The position numbers were made by a program, and so were the translations under genes. 64,000 bases of DNA from Octopus sinensis (lineage: Eukaryota): assembly GCF_006345805.1 (NCBI RefSeq), contig NC_042997.1, positions 207,948,001-208,012,000 on the forward strand, written 5' to 3'. Below the pieces are notes generated by a model that made no database searches, was not told where the DNA came from, and saw only the letters and a list, made by a program, of their open reading frames with translations. This document shows, piece by piece, positions 25,701 through 37,129 of the stretch; position 1 is the stretch's first letter, and each line of letters opens with the position of its first letter.

Positions 25701-28046
25701 AGAACAAAGAATAAAGAATTATTATAGAGAAGAGAACAAACAAGAAAGAATTATTATAGAGAACATAACAAAGAAAAAAAGAATTATTATAGAGAAGAGA
25801 ACCAACAAGAAAGAATTATTATAGATGGGAACAAACAAGAAAGAATTATTATAGAGATGAGAACAAACAAGAAAGAATTATTATAGAGAAGAGAACAAAG
25901 AATAAAAATTATTATAGAGAAGAGAACAAACAAGAAAGAATTATTATAGAGATGAGAACAAACAAGAAAGAAATATTATAGAGAACAGAACAAACAAGAA
26001 AGAATTATTATAGAGAACAGAACAAACATGAAAGAATTATTATAGAGAACAGAACAAACAATTAATAATTATTATAGAGAACAGAACAAACAATAAATAA
26101 TTATTATAGAGAAGAGAAAAAACAAGAAAGAATTATTATAGAGAACAGAACAAACAATAAAGAATTATTATAGAGAAGAGAAAAAACATGAAAGAATTAT
26201 TATAGAGAACAGAACAAACATGAAGAATTATTATAGAGAACAGAACAAACAATAAAGAATTATTATAGAGAACAGAACAAACAATAAATAATTATTATAG
26301 AGAAGAGAACAAAGAATAAAGAATTATTATAGAGAAGAGAACAAACAAGAAAGAATTATTATAGAGAACAGAACAAACAAGAAAGAATTATTATAGAGAA
26401 GAGAACAAAGAATAAAGAATTATTATAGAGAACAGAACAAACATGAAAGAATTATTATAGAGAACAGAACAAACAATTAATAATTATTATAGAGAACAGA
26501 ACAAACAATAAATAATCATTATAGAGAAGAGAAAAAACAAGAAAGAATTATTATAGAGAACAGAACAAACAATAAAGAATTATTATAGAGAAGAGAAAAA
26601 ACATGAAAGAATTATTATAGAGAACGGAACAAACATGAAAGAATTATTATAGAGAACAGAACAAACAATAAAGAATTATTATAGAGAACAGAACAAACAA
26701 TAAATAATTATTATAGAGAAGAGAACAAACAAGAAAGAATTATATAGAGAACAGAACAAACAAGAAAGAATTATTATAGAGATGAGAACAAACAAGAAAA
26801 ATTATTATAGAGAACAGAACAAACATGAAAGTATTATTATAGAGATGAGAACAAACAAGAAAGCATTATTATGGAGAAGAGAACAAACAAGAAAGTATTA
26901 TTATAGAGAACAGAACAAACATGAAAGAATTATTACAGAGAACAGAACCACATAAAAGAATATATAGAGAACAGAACAAACAATAATAATTATTATAGAG
27001 AAGAGAACAAAGAATAAAGAATTATTATAGAGAAGAGAACAAACAATAAATTATTATTATAGAGAAGAGAACAAAGAATAAAGAATTATTATAGAGAAGA
27101 GAACAAACAAGAAAGAATTATTATAGAGAACAGAACAAACAAGAAAGAATCATTATATTGAACAGAACAAACAATAAAGTTTTATTATAGAGAAGATAAC
27201 AAACAATAAAGTATTATTATAGAGAAGAGAACAAACAAGAAAGAATTATTATAGAGAACAGAACAAAGAAGAAAAAATTATTATAGAGAACAGAACAAAC
27301 AATAAAGTTTTATTATAGAGAAGATAACAAACAATAAAGTATTATTATAGAGAAGAGAACAAAGAATAAAGAATTATTATAGAGAAGAGAACAAACAAGA
27401 AAGAATTATTATAGAGAACAGAACAAAGAATAAAGAATTATTATAGAGAAGAGAACAAACAAGAAAGAATTTTTATAGAGAACAGGACAAACAATAAAGT
27501 TTTATTATAGAGAAGATAACAAACAATAAAGTATTATTATAGAGAAGAGAACAAAGAATAAAGAATTATTATAGAGAAGAGAACAAACAAGAAAGAATCA
27601 TTATAGAGAACAGAACAAACAATAAAGTTTTATTATAGAGAAGATAACAAACAATAAAGTATTATTATAGAGAAGAGAATAAAGAATAAAGAATTATTTT
27701 AGAGAACAGAACAAACAAGAAAGCATTATTATAGAAAAGAAAAAAATAATAAAGTATTATTTTAGAGACAGAACAAACAAGAAAGAATTATTATAGAGAA
27801 GAGAACAACAAGAAAGCATTATTATAGAGAAGAGAAAAAAAAAAAGAAGCTTATTATAGAGAACAGAGAAACAAGAAAGCATTATTATAGAGAAGAAAAA
27901 AATAGTAAGTATTATTTTAGAGAACAGAACAAACAAGAAAGAAATATTATAGAGAAGAGAAAAAACAAGAAAGAATTATTATAGAGAAGAGAAAAAACAA
28001 GAAATAATTATTATAGAGAACAGAACAAACAATAAAGAATTATTAT
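16733..28046. repeat. 32-bp satellite, ~11.3 kb (~350 units)
   Basis: Unit AACAAGAAAGAATTATTATAGAGA(AG/TG/AC)AGAACA; strongly strand-asymmetric (purine-rich + strand). Confidence 0.98.
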
Positions 28047-31000
28047 TGCTCTTGACACCCAGAGCAAGTTAGTGTGTGTATCAGGTTTTTCGATGCACAT
28101 GTGAAATTGCTTTTCTCTGTGAACCGTTGTCCCTGTTTGAAGGAAAACTCTGATCCTTCAATTAGATAATCGCATATCCTGCTATTTGGTCTTCCATATT
28201 TTTTTACTATCGGCTTCTGTGTTGATGAGCATATCGGGATATGTTAGGAGACTGTTCATAGATTTGGGCTGTCTCTTGCTTTTTATGATCCTGTGTGATT
28301 GGAGGATAAAGTTCATTCTGTGGTCTTTTTGTAGCAGGGGTATGTTTTGGAGGATGGTGTTGAAGGCTTCATTGTTGAGAAGGTTGTGTGTGGAGATGTA
28401 TGGTAAGGCTTTTAGTCGTAAATTTTTCTTTAATTTGGGATTTCTGAGTTCCTGGATGTTGAGTTGAAGGGCACGTTGAATGCATATGTCAATTAGTGAA
28501 GGTGGGTAGTTCCTGGTGATGAGGGTATCTTTTAGTTCATGTAGTCGTGTGCCTCTGGTGTTTGCATTAGAAACTATAGTACATATCCTTTTTTGCTAGA
28601 TTGAAGGGGATATTCATTCTGGAGTGTCTGGGGTGGCATGAATTGAAAGGAAGATATTGCTTAGGATCTGTAGGCTTGTAGTATATATCTGTTTCTATTA
28701 CATTATTAGATTTCTTAATGAGGATGTCGAGGAAGGGGAGTTGTTGCCGGGTATATTCCATCGTGAATTGCATGTTTACGTCCAGTCCATTTAAAATTGC
28801 TTGAATTCTTTTAGTTTCTCTATATTTTCATGTCAAAGAATGAAACAGTCATCTAGGTATCTCTTCCAGTTGTTTTCTATGTAGAGGGAGAAAGGACTGC
28901 CATATCTTTCTAAAACCTTACGATACAGACTGATTTCTAGATATCCCATGACTAGGTTGGCAAAGGAGGGGGCCATTCGCGTACCCATCGCAGTCCCCGA
29001 TTTTTGCTGGTAGAAGTTGTCTTTGAAGGTGAAGTAGTTATTTTCCAGGATGAATTTAACCCCTTCTATCACGAATTCTTTTTTGATGCGATGTGGGAGT
29101 TCATTGGCGTGATTCTCTAGTCAGAACTGAATTGCTTCTATTGCTAGGTTGTGGGGGATATTGGAATAGAGGTCGACTACATCGAAGGATACTAATAGGG
29201 TATTTTTGTTTATAGTATTAGGCAGGTGATTGAGCATATCCAGGTCGTCCCTTATATAGCTTTTAACATGTTTGAGGAGTGGTTTTAAGAGGGAATCTAA
29301 AAAGTTACTCAAGCGGTGGATTTTGCATGCGGGACCTGCTATTATAGGTCTCAATTTGAGGTCATTAGTATTAGGGACTTTAATTATTTTGTCTGTGGTT
29401 ATCTTGCATGCGTTACTTATTTTCTCGCTTTTGTGTATCTTGGGAATACCGTAGAATTGGCTGGTTTTACTTGTGAAATTGGTCATATAGTCATATTCTT
29501 TGTCGGTGAGCTCTTCTTTGTATGGGTTTAACATGGATTTTAGATCCCTCATTATTTTTTGTTGACTAGTTTTGTGCCTTTTCATAGTATGTTGTGTCTT
29601 CCAACATGGATAGTACTAAAGTTATGTAAAATGTCGTGTCCATTAAAACAACTGTACTCCCTTTATCAGCCTCTTTGATCGTTATTGTTTTGTCAGCTCA
29701 GCCCATTCTTTTTTACTGAAGTTTGGTTTGTGTTTTTGTTTGTGCATATGTTGATATGGGTAATTCGATATGTGGTCACAGAAATGATCAAGTGTTTTGT
29801 TCTTACCTTTTGAGGGGGTGTAGTTACTCCTATTTCTGACCAACGATTCGTCCTCGTTGAATTTGTCGTATAGCTCCTCAGTAAGTCGTAATTTTCTACA
29901 GAATTCTGCAATGTCTTTGTAGTTGGGGTGTTGTGGGGTGGGTGTAAACCTGAGTCCTTTGGAAAGTATGTTTATTTGGTTTGCTGTTAGTTCCTTGTGA
30001 GTTAGATTGATAATTTTTATCACTTTTGGTTCCTCCTGCTTGTTTGGTGCTATCTTGTGTCTCTGTGTTTGCGTATTGGGTCTAAATAATGAATGCGGTG
30101 GTTGGGACGGTAGCCATTATATAGTTGTTCTTTGTTGATGTGGGGTCTCCTGTTGTGATTTGTGGTGTGTGTTCTTGGAACAGTATTGAGAAGTGCGTCC
30201 TGATATCCCATATTCGGGTGTGGTGTTTTAGGAGGCCTTCGTTGGTGATCATTGCGAGTGGTGTGGGTTTGTTGTGCATGGTTGTTGGAATGAAAATTTC
30301 GTTGGTAACTCTTTTGGGTGGGGAGGAGGTTGCAGCGCCTATCCTGTGGGTATTGATTTATCCTTTCTCTGTTTGAAGTGAGGGTGTTCCTGATATTGTA
30401 TCGTTGGTGTCTTACAAAGTTAGGGTTAGGTCCTGTATTCTTTTTTTAATAGAAGTGATGGTTCCGATTTTTAGACAGGTGTGTATCGGTGTTTGCGTGT
30501 TGTTTTGATTTTCTCATTTTCTGGAAAGGTTTGGTGGAAGTGTGTTCTGTTTGAAAGACGGTTTCATAGTTTGAGAACCAAGTGGCGCTTTTCTCCCAGC
30601 ATTGGAGAGATTTCAGTTCTTCCTTTTCACAGTCCTCTTTCCATAGTTTGGAGATCTCCTCCTGATCGGGGCCTTGGGTCATTTTGCGAATTTCATGGTT
30701 GATCTCTTCATCGGTGGATTTTACTTTATCCTCATTCGTTTGGGCCCTCAATTTTAGAAGTTCTATTTCCATTTTCATTTTTTCCAGTGCCATTCTCTCC
30801 CTGAGGCGTCTTTATGTTTCAGGTTCCTCTGTAATGGTTTTGATCTGAAATTTACGTGGGAGGATTAACGGTGTCCGGTTGAGCTATTTTTCGTATATAT
30901 CCGCTTTGTTGTTGTTTTGGATCATCTTCCAAAAGGCGAACTTTCTATCTCTGAGTGATTTGTTCCATTCCCCCCCCCCTACCAATTCAGGGACGATACA

Positions 31001-31080
31001 ACCTCGAGCCAACGAATAAGTAAAGAAACTCTCTTTATTACAAAATACAGGCCCCTTCTGAACGCGTCGTCTTCGACAAA
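28047..31080 (-). mobile_element. Penelope-like retroelement, frameshifted, cut off at the start of its GIY-YIG endonuclease
   Basis: ORF from 30793. Motifs LSKGLRFTPTP, LRPIIAGP, LVSFDVVDLYSNIP, QQKSGTAMGTRMAPSFANL, WKRYLDDCF, LPFLDILI, YLPFNSCHP, then FTCASKNLIHTLTCSGCQEQ abutting the satellite. The 5' boundary is approximate. Confidence 0.92.
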
Positions 31081-31621
31081 CAACATATCCACCTTGGCCT
31101 TAGAATAACACAAATACACATGCAAATATTAGAGATGATACACTCAAGAGATTCCCAAGAATTCATTAAAAAACAGTCCCAATTTTAAGTCATTTAACAC
31201 CTCACTAATTTCATACTACCTACATTCGTTCTTAATCTCCCTCCTTCTTCTTCTTCTTCCTCTTCTTCCTAACTTTATCACTAATGCTTTTTAGTATAAC
31301 ACCTACGCAAATTCTATAAACAAACCTTTCAATAGAAATATTTTCATGAATTGAACAGCAGGAACTGCTAGCCACCACTGACCAACGACAATCAAGGCAA
31401 TCCCAAATTCTTCCTCCCTTCTCCCCCTCCTCTTCCTCCTCCTTCTTCTTCTTCTTCTTCCCTACCAAGAATTCACATGGACCTTGAACCCACAAGAGTA
31501 AACAAGAGAAAGAGAAAGAGAAAGGCAGAAACAAGGAAAATGCCACTTATATTTGAACACTATACAAATATTCTTTTAAAAAAACTTTTCTTTTAATTTT
31601 TCTAAATTTAATCATTTAATA

Positions 31622-31666
31622 GTTACAGTTGAAAAGGTCTCAAATGACCGAAACCGGTACTGAAAT
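31622..31666 (+). ncRNA. Minimal type I hammerhead ribozyme (Penelope pLTR type) with U3-A8 core
   Basis: GUUACAG-UUGAAAA-GGUC(UCAAAU)GACC-GAAA-CCGG-UA|CUGAAAU. Stem I CAG/CUG plus extension, perfect 4-bp stem II, palindromic ACCGGU stem III, predicted cleavage after A31659. Confidence 0.65.
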
Positions 31667-31970
31667 GTTCTTTATAAAATTATTTTAGCATTTTCTATCT
31701 TGACTTGTTTTTTCATATTAAAATGAAACTATTAAAGTGAAAGTATGTGACATTACAAAACAGAAATATTTTTATTTCACTTTTGACACGTAATACTGAA
31801 ATGTTGGAGAAGATATGATATTGCTGTGGGCTCACACGAGGCAAGAAGTTAAACATTTTTCGCCTATAACAGTATATGAAACCTAAGTAAGGCATGTGTA
31901 AAATTTGAATGTAATTGGTTGTGTAGTTCTCAAGTTTTAGTGATTCACACAGACAGACAGACACACATTC

Positions 31971-34872
31971 TCATCAATATCTATAAATCTGAAATACGAA
32001 AAAGTTGTCTCATTTTGGGATGGGAATGGTTTAAGGGCCGGTAGATGAGGTCAGATTAGCTCCAAAATTTACAGGGACATGTAAAAAGAGGTGAGAAAGC
32101 AACTGGAATAGGCTAGAAACACCTATCTCAGAAGCTATGGTTACTAGGGCAACAGGACCCAAACGCTGACAAGTGTTTGTCGTTTCCCCCTTTCAGATAT
32201 CACCCTGTCTTCCTCGAACTCTCTTTCCTTCCTTCCCTTCACTTTCGCTCTATAACGACGTTTGACAGCTTCGCCGTCTCTCTGTCACTCTTTCTGCCAC
32301 CACCTCTCTCACTGTACATCTGCCTCTATCTATAGAGTGAAAGCGTTGACAGATGCAAAAGTTTAAATATTCCCGCGGCAGCTGTTTTAGAACGGTGAAT
32401 TTATTACGTTGATACAAATTGGATTTTTATGTGAAAAGCGGTCTAAATGGGGCTAAAAGGGGATTAAAATTTATAGGAGGGGGTGTTTTGGAATTCTCTG
32501 TTACATCAAGCTAAAAAAAATTGCCCCAGCCTTTAAATTGTCAATGTATTGCCGTCCGTCATGAAGAAGTTTTGAATGCCTGCCATAGTGAGTCTAATGT
32601 CGTGAGAAAGTATCACTTCAAAACTTGGTGTTTAAGAATTTTCTTTTATATCAAGTTCAAAATTTTGCGCCAACCGTTAAACTGCCAGTACGTTGCTGTC
32701 CGTCGTTAAGAAGTTTTGAATGCCAGCCATGGTGAGTCTACTATCCTCAGATTCTATCCTTTCAAACTTTAGTTTCCAATATTTTTTATTTTTATTCAGC
32801 TCGCAAGTTCGTGTGTCCCTTTTAAATCTTAGTGTTTTGCTGTCCACCTAGAAGCAGACCTCTCCGTTGCCACTGCCTGATATTTAATGATTGATCTTTC
32901 AAAATATTTTCTTTCTCAACTTACTCAAGATTTTTGTTCTTTAGAAATGGGATAGAGATAGAGAAAGATAGCGAGTAAGAGAAAGCGATGGAGAGTCCGA
33001 GAGAAAGGAAGAGTAAGAGAGTGGGAAAGTGAGAGAGAAACAAAGGGGGAGTATGTGGCGATAAGAAACAGAAAGTAACAACCACACCATCACCCGCGCA
33101 TAGAGCGGGTCACCTTAAGCTAGTCATCAATATCTATAAAGCTTAAATGCCAAAAGTTTGGGAATTGGAACGGGTTAAGGGGCGGTAGATGGGGTCGGAT
33201 CAGCACCAAAATTTACACTGGAGAGTAAAATGGGGTGGGCAATGGTGTGAGGAGTGTTGCAAGTCGCTCGGGGCTACTGTTTGGTTGCCATGTTGAGGAA
33301 GTATTGAGTTTTATAGGATAGACAGGTTGCGGTGTTTGAATAATGGTGGCTTTTCGTGTTTCTGCAGGGGCGAGAGGCAGTTATCTTTAATTGTGAGTGT
33401 AAAAATTTGGGGGATTTTGGAAAGGGGGGTGATAAAATTTTTCAACTTTTAAAAAGAGTACATTTTTGCCCTATTTTTAGATTTAATGTTTTTCTGTTTG
33501 CATTATTTGGTTGACATGGGTAAAAATGGCCTTGTGTTAAAGGCCGAAAGTTTAGCTTTCATTTGCATCATGAACCGTCAAAATATATCAGAAAAAAGTA
33601 TCAAATTTCACAAAATTTTAAGTAATTTTGAATTATTTTTGTGAATTTGCGTGTACGCGTAAAAGAAAGTGATGAAGAGTCTGGGAGAAAGGAAGAGTAA
33701 GAGAGTGGGAAAGAGAGAGAGAAAGGAGAGAGAAACAAAGAGGGAGAATGTGGCGATAAGAAACAGAAAGGAAGCAACAGAAAGTAACAACCACACCCTC
33801 ACCCGGTCACCTTAAGCTAGTCAATATCTATAAAGCTGAAATGCGAAAAAGTTGTTTGTCTCATTTAGGGATGGGAACGGTTTAAGGGGCGGTAGATGGA
33901 GTCAGATTGGCGCCAAAATTTACACTGAGGTATAAAATGGAGAGGGCAATGGTGTGAGGAGGGTTGCAAGTCACTTGGAGCTACCGTTTGGTTGCTAAGG
34001 TGAGGAATATGGGAAAAATTGAGTTTTATGGGATAGACAGGTTGCGCTGTTTGAATAATGGTGGCTTTTCGTGTTGTTGCAGGGGCCAGAGGCGCTTATC
34101 TTTAATCTATAAAATGACGAAGGCGAACGTTGATACAAATTGGATTAAAATTTACAGGAGGGGCTAACTTGAAATGAGAAATTGATTGGGAGACGTTTTG
34201 GGATGCTACAGTGGTTGCTTTGCTGTGAAAACGGGGATTTTATTGTTTTCTGGGAACACTTGGGTGTCTAGACTGGACACCTTTTGCCCGATTTCAATCA
34301 AATTTTCAACACGGCAAAGTGGAAGCGGATTTGTAATTTAAGCGCGGAAAATGGGTTCGAAATTTTGAAGTTGAAAAACATTTCTCATTTTTAAGTATTT
34401 TTGTCTTTTATTTTTTATTGTTTACAGTTTTTTCATTTTTTTTCTGAAATAAATTTACAGCTGCATGTAGCCCATGTTTAGAACTTTCATTTGCAAGGTC
34501 AATCGTTGAAAAATTCCCAAAATAACTACTAAATTTAACAAAGAAATCTTTTTATTCCTTATTTTTAATTGCTCAGATAGTGGCACGTACAAAAATTAAG
34601 GGTACTTTCCGTTGTCACTGCCTGATATTTATGATTGATCTTTCAAACTATTTTCTTTCTCAACATACTCAAGTTCTTTTGTCTTTTATAAATGGGAGAG
34701 AGAAAGATGGAGAAAGATAGAGAGAAAGAGAAAACGAGGAAGAGTCCGAGAGAAAGGAAGGGTAAGAGAGTGGGGAGGTGAGAGAGAAACAAAGAAGGAG
34801 AATGTAGCAATAAGAAACAGAAAGTAACAACCACAACCTCACCCGTGCATAGAGTAGGTCACCTTAAGCTAG
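31971..34872 (+). mobile_element. Three head-to-tail non-autonomous Helitrons (31971-33123, 33124-33820, 33821-34872)
   Basis: Each unit starts TC(ATC)AATATCTATAAA and ends CACCTTAAGCTAG. Unit 1 has the hairpin ACCCGC..GCGGGT before the end. Junctions read CTAG|TC; the final CTAG is followed by T. Confidence 0.85.
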
Positions 34873-34959
34873 TTTTTATATATATAGATATCTATGAATC
34901 TGTTTTAAGTCTATGAGTTTATAACCTGATTGAAACCAGGTCCTTCTGCTTGTATATAT

Positions 34960-35050
34960 TGTGTGTGTGTGTGTGTTGTTTGTGTGTGTGTTGTTTGTTT
35001 GTGTGTGTGTGTGTGTGTGTTGTTTGTTTGTGTGTGTGTGTGTGTGTGTT
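34960..35050. repeat. (GT)n/(GTTT) compound microsatellite
   Basis: Visible directly. Confidence 0.9.
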
Positions 35051-35599
35051 GTACTTTGCAACATGGGAGCTGTACTGTGTTTTGCAAAATGATGCTTTGA
35101 GAATCAACCTACATTTTCCATGATATTACTCGAGAATTCCAAGAAAAATGGTGAAAGTAATGACAACAGTGTTCATCATCATCATCATCATCGTTTAACG
35201 TCCACTTTCCATGCTAGCATGGGTTGCACGATTTTGACTGAGGGCTGGCGAACCCCCAATAATACCTCAGTATTATACCACCAGGAGGTTGGCCATTGTC
35301 TGATGATTTCTTCCATCAATTTTCTCTGATAGCAGGCATTTAATATTTACCAGTTGGGCTCTGCCTTATCATATGGATGGGGTTTTGGTGAGCGTAAAGG
35401 AATCTTTTTCTTCTAAGAATCACATTTCCAAAATCAGCAGACAGTCTCAAAATTGGTTTAAACTTGTTTTATTTTTAAATATAATACAAAATAACAAAAC
35501 TTTGACTGAATTTGAACTTGCAGCCTTCATTTTATTGTAAGCAATAATTACATTTAATGTAACAAAAAAATGAAAATGTCAAAATATATTCAATTGTTT

Positions 35600-36600
35600 T
35601 AGCATTAGAAATCTGAAGAATTTTCCTGTTACAAATCTGAATAGTTTTACTGTTACAAATTCAAATATTGTTAATGTTACAAATTTGAATAGTTTTAGTG
35701 TTACAAATTTGAATACTGTTAGTGATACAAATTTCAATAATTTTTGTGTTACAAATTCAAATATTGTTAGTGTTACAAATCTGGATAGTTATATTGTTAC
35801 AAATTTGAATAGTTTTAGTGTTACAATGTGAACAGTGTTAGCGTTAAAAATTCAAATAGGTTTAAGTATTACAAATTTGAAGTTTTAGTGTTACTCATTT
35901 GAATAGTGGTAGTGATACAAGTTTTAACAGTTTTAATGTTACAAATCTTAAGTGTTTTAATGTCACAAATGTGAATAATTTTCCTGTTACAAATATGAAC
36001 GGTTTTAATGTTACAAATTTGAATAGGTGCTGGAGTGGCTGTGTGGTAAGTTGCTTGCTTACCAACCACGTGATTCTGGGTTCAGTCCCACTGTGTGGCA
36101 CCTTGGGCAAGTGTCTTCTACTATAGCCTTGGTCCAACCAAAGCCTTGTGCATGAATTTGGTAGATGGAAACTGAAAGAAGCCCAACATTATATGTATAT
36201 GGATATATGTATGTATGTATGTATGTATATATGTATGTATGTATGTGAATATGTTTGTGTGTCTGTGTTTATTCCCCCAACATTGATTAACAACTGATGC
36301 TAGTGTGTTTACGTCCCTGTAACCTAGCGGTTTGGCAAAAGAGAACAATAGAATAAGTACCAGGCTTACAAAGAATAATTCCTGGGTTTGATTTACCCTA
36401 CTAAAGGCGGTGCTCCAGTATGGCCACAGTCAAATGACTGAAACAAGTAAAAGAATATAAAAAAGAATAATTAGAATAGTTTTGTGTTACAATTCAAATA
36501 TTGTTAGTGTTATAAATTGAAGAGTGTTAGTTTTAATAATTTTAGTGAGAGAAATGTGAATGGCTTTAGAATTACCAATCTCAGCTCAAAGTGTTACAAA
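35600..36600 (-). repeat. Degenerate 24-nt tandem array downstream of the paralog C stop, split by a SINE
   Basis: About 17 units of GTTACAAATYTGAATAGTTTTAGT (+ strand) at 35600-36025, plus decayed units at ~36475-36600. Same family as 15806-16008. Confidence 0.88.
36026..36465 (+). mobile_element. tRNA-derived SINE with an internal (TATG)n tract
   Basis: A-box-like TGGCTGTGTGGTAAG, B-box-like GGGTTCAGTCCC, then GGCACCTTGGGCAAGTGTC; interrupts the 24-nt array at GAATA. Confidence 0.85.
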
Positions 36601-36604
36601 AGTC

Positions 36605-36872
36605 TTAAATCCAATTAGAGAATGTAATCAAATAATTAGGATATGCTTGAGAGTCATCAAAGTAACATAAATATTGGGTCTTTGAATATCATCAACAGCA
36701 GAATTGTAAGATTCCTGTAAAACTTTTAATCCCTGGTGTCCTTGCATTACTCTTCCCACAAGAACACTGCATTGGTATATTCTCTTTGTTCCGTGACGGT
36801 CAGGAGTAGAATAGTTATCATCTGCAGAATATTGGATGTCTCTGGCAAAATAGACACCTTGACCATATGAAC
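36605..36872 (-). CDS. Terminal exon of a PARP14/15-like catalytic domain, paralog C (1-nt frameshift near 36660)
   Basis: Acceptor ttcttag| at 36873; GSYGQGVYFARDIQYSADD...VLVG...SAVDDIQRPNIYVT. Adding one T restores FDDSQAYPNYLITFSNWI*. AATAAA on the minus strand at 35531-35536 and 35468-35473. Confidence 0.88.
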
Positions 36873-37129
36873 CTAAGAACAGAAAGAAAAAAGAAGAAAT
36901 ATATATTTTGGAGTGTTTTGGAAATTCCTTGATACAGTTATAATATAAACACATCACATTGTAAAAGATTATTTGTTTCACGATATTGAGATTATATAGA
37001 TTTTATCACAATTCTAGGTAATTTGACATCAGGAAGATGTCACTGACCCACAACACCACTCTCTTTTGAAAACACAAGGATTGCATTTAGGGTTCAAACT
37101 CGCTCACTTCTCATGAATAAGGTAATGCT

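Noticed and set aside
31040-31085. CTGAACGCGTC near the 5' end of the Penelope element as a hammerhead
   Set aside because: No CUGANGA core with stem II and only GAA rather than GAAA; cannot be folded.
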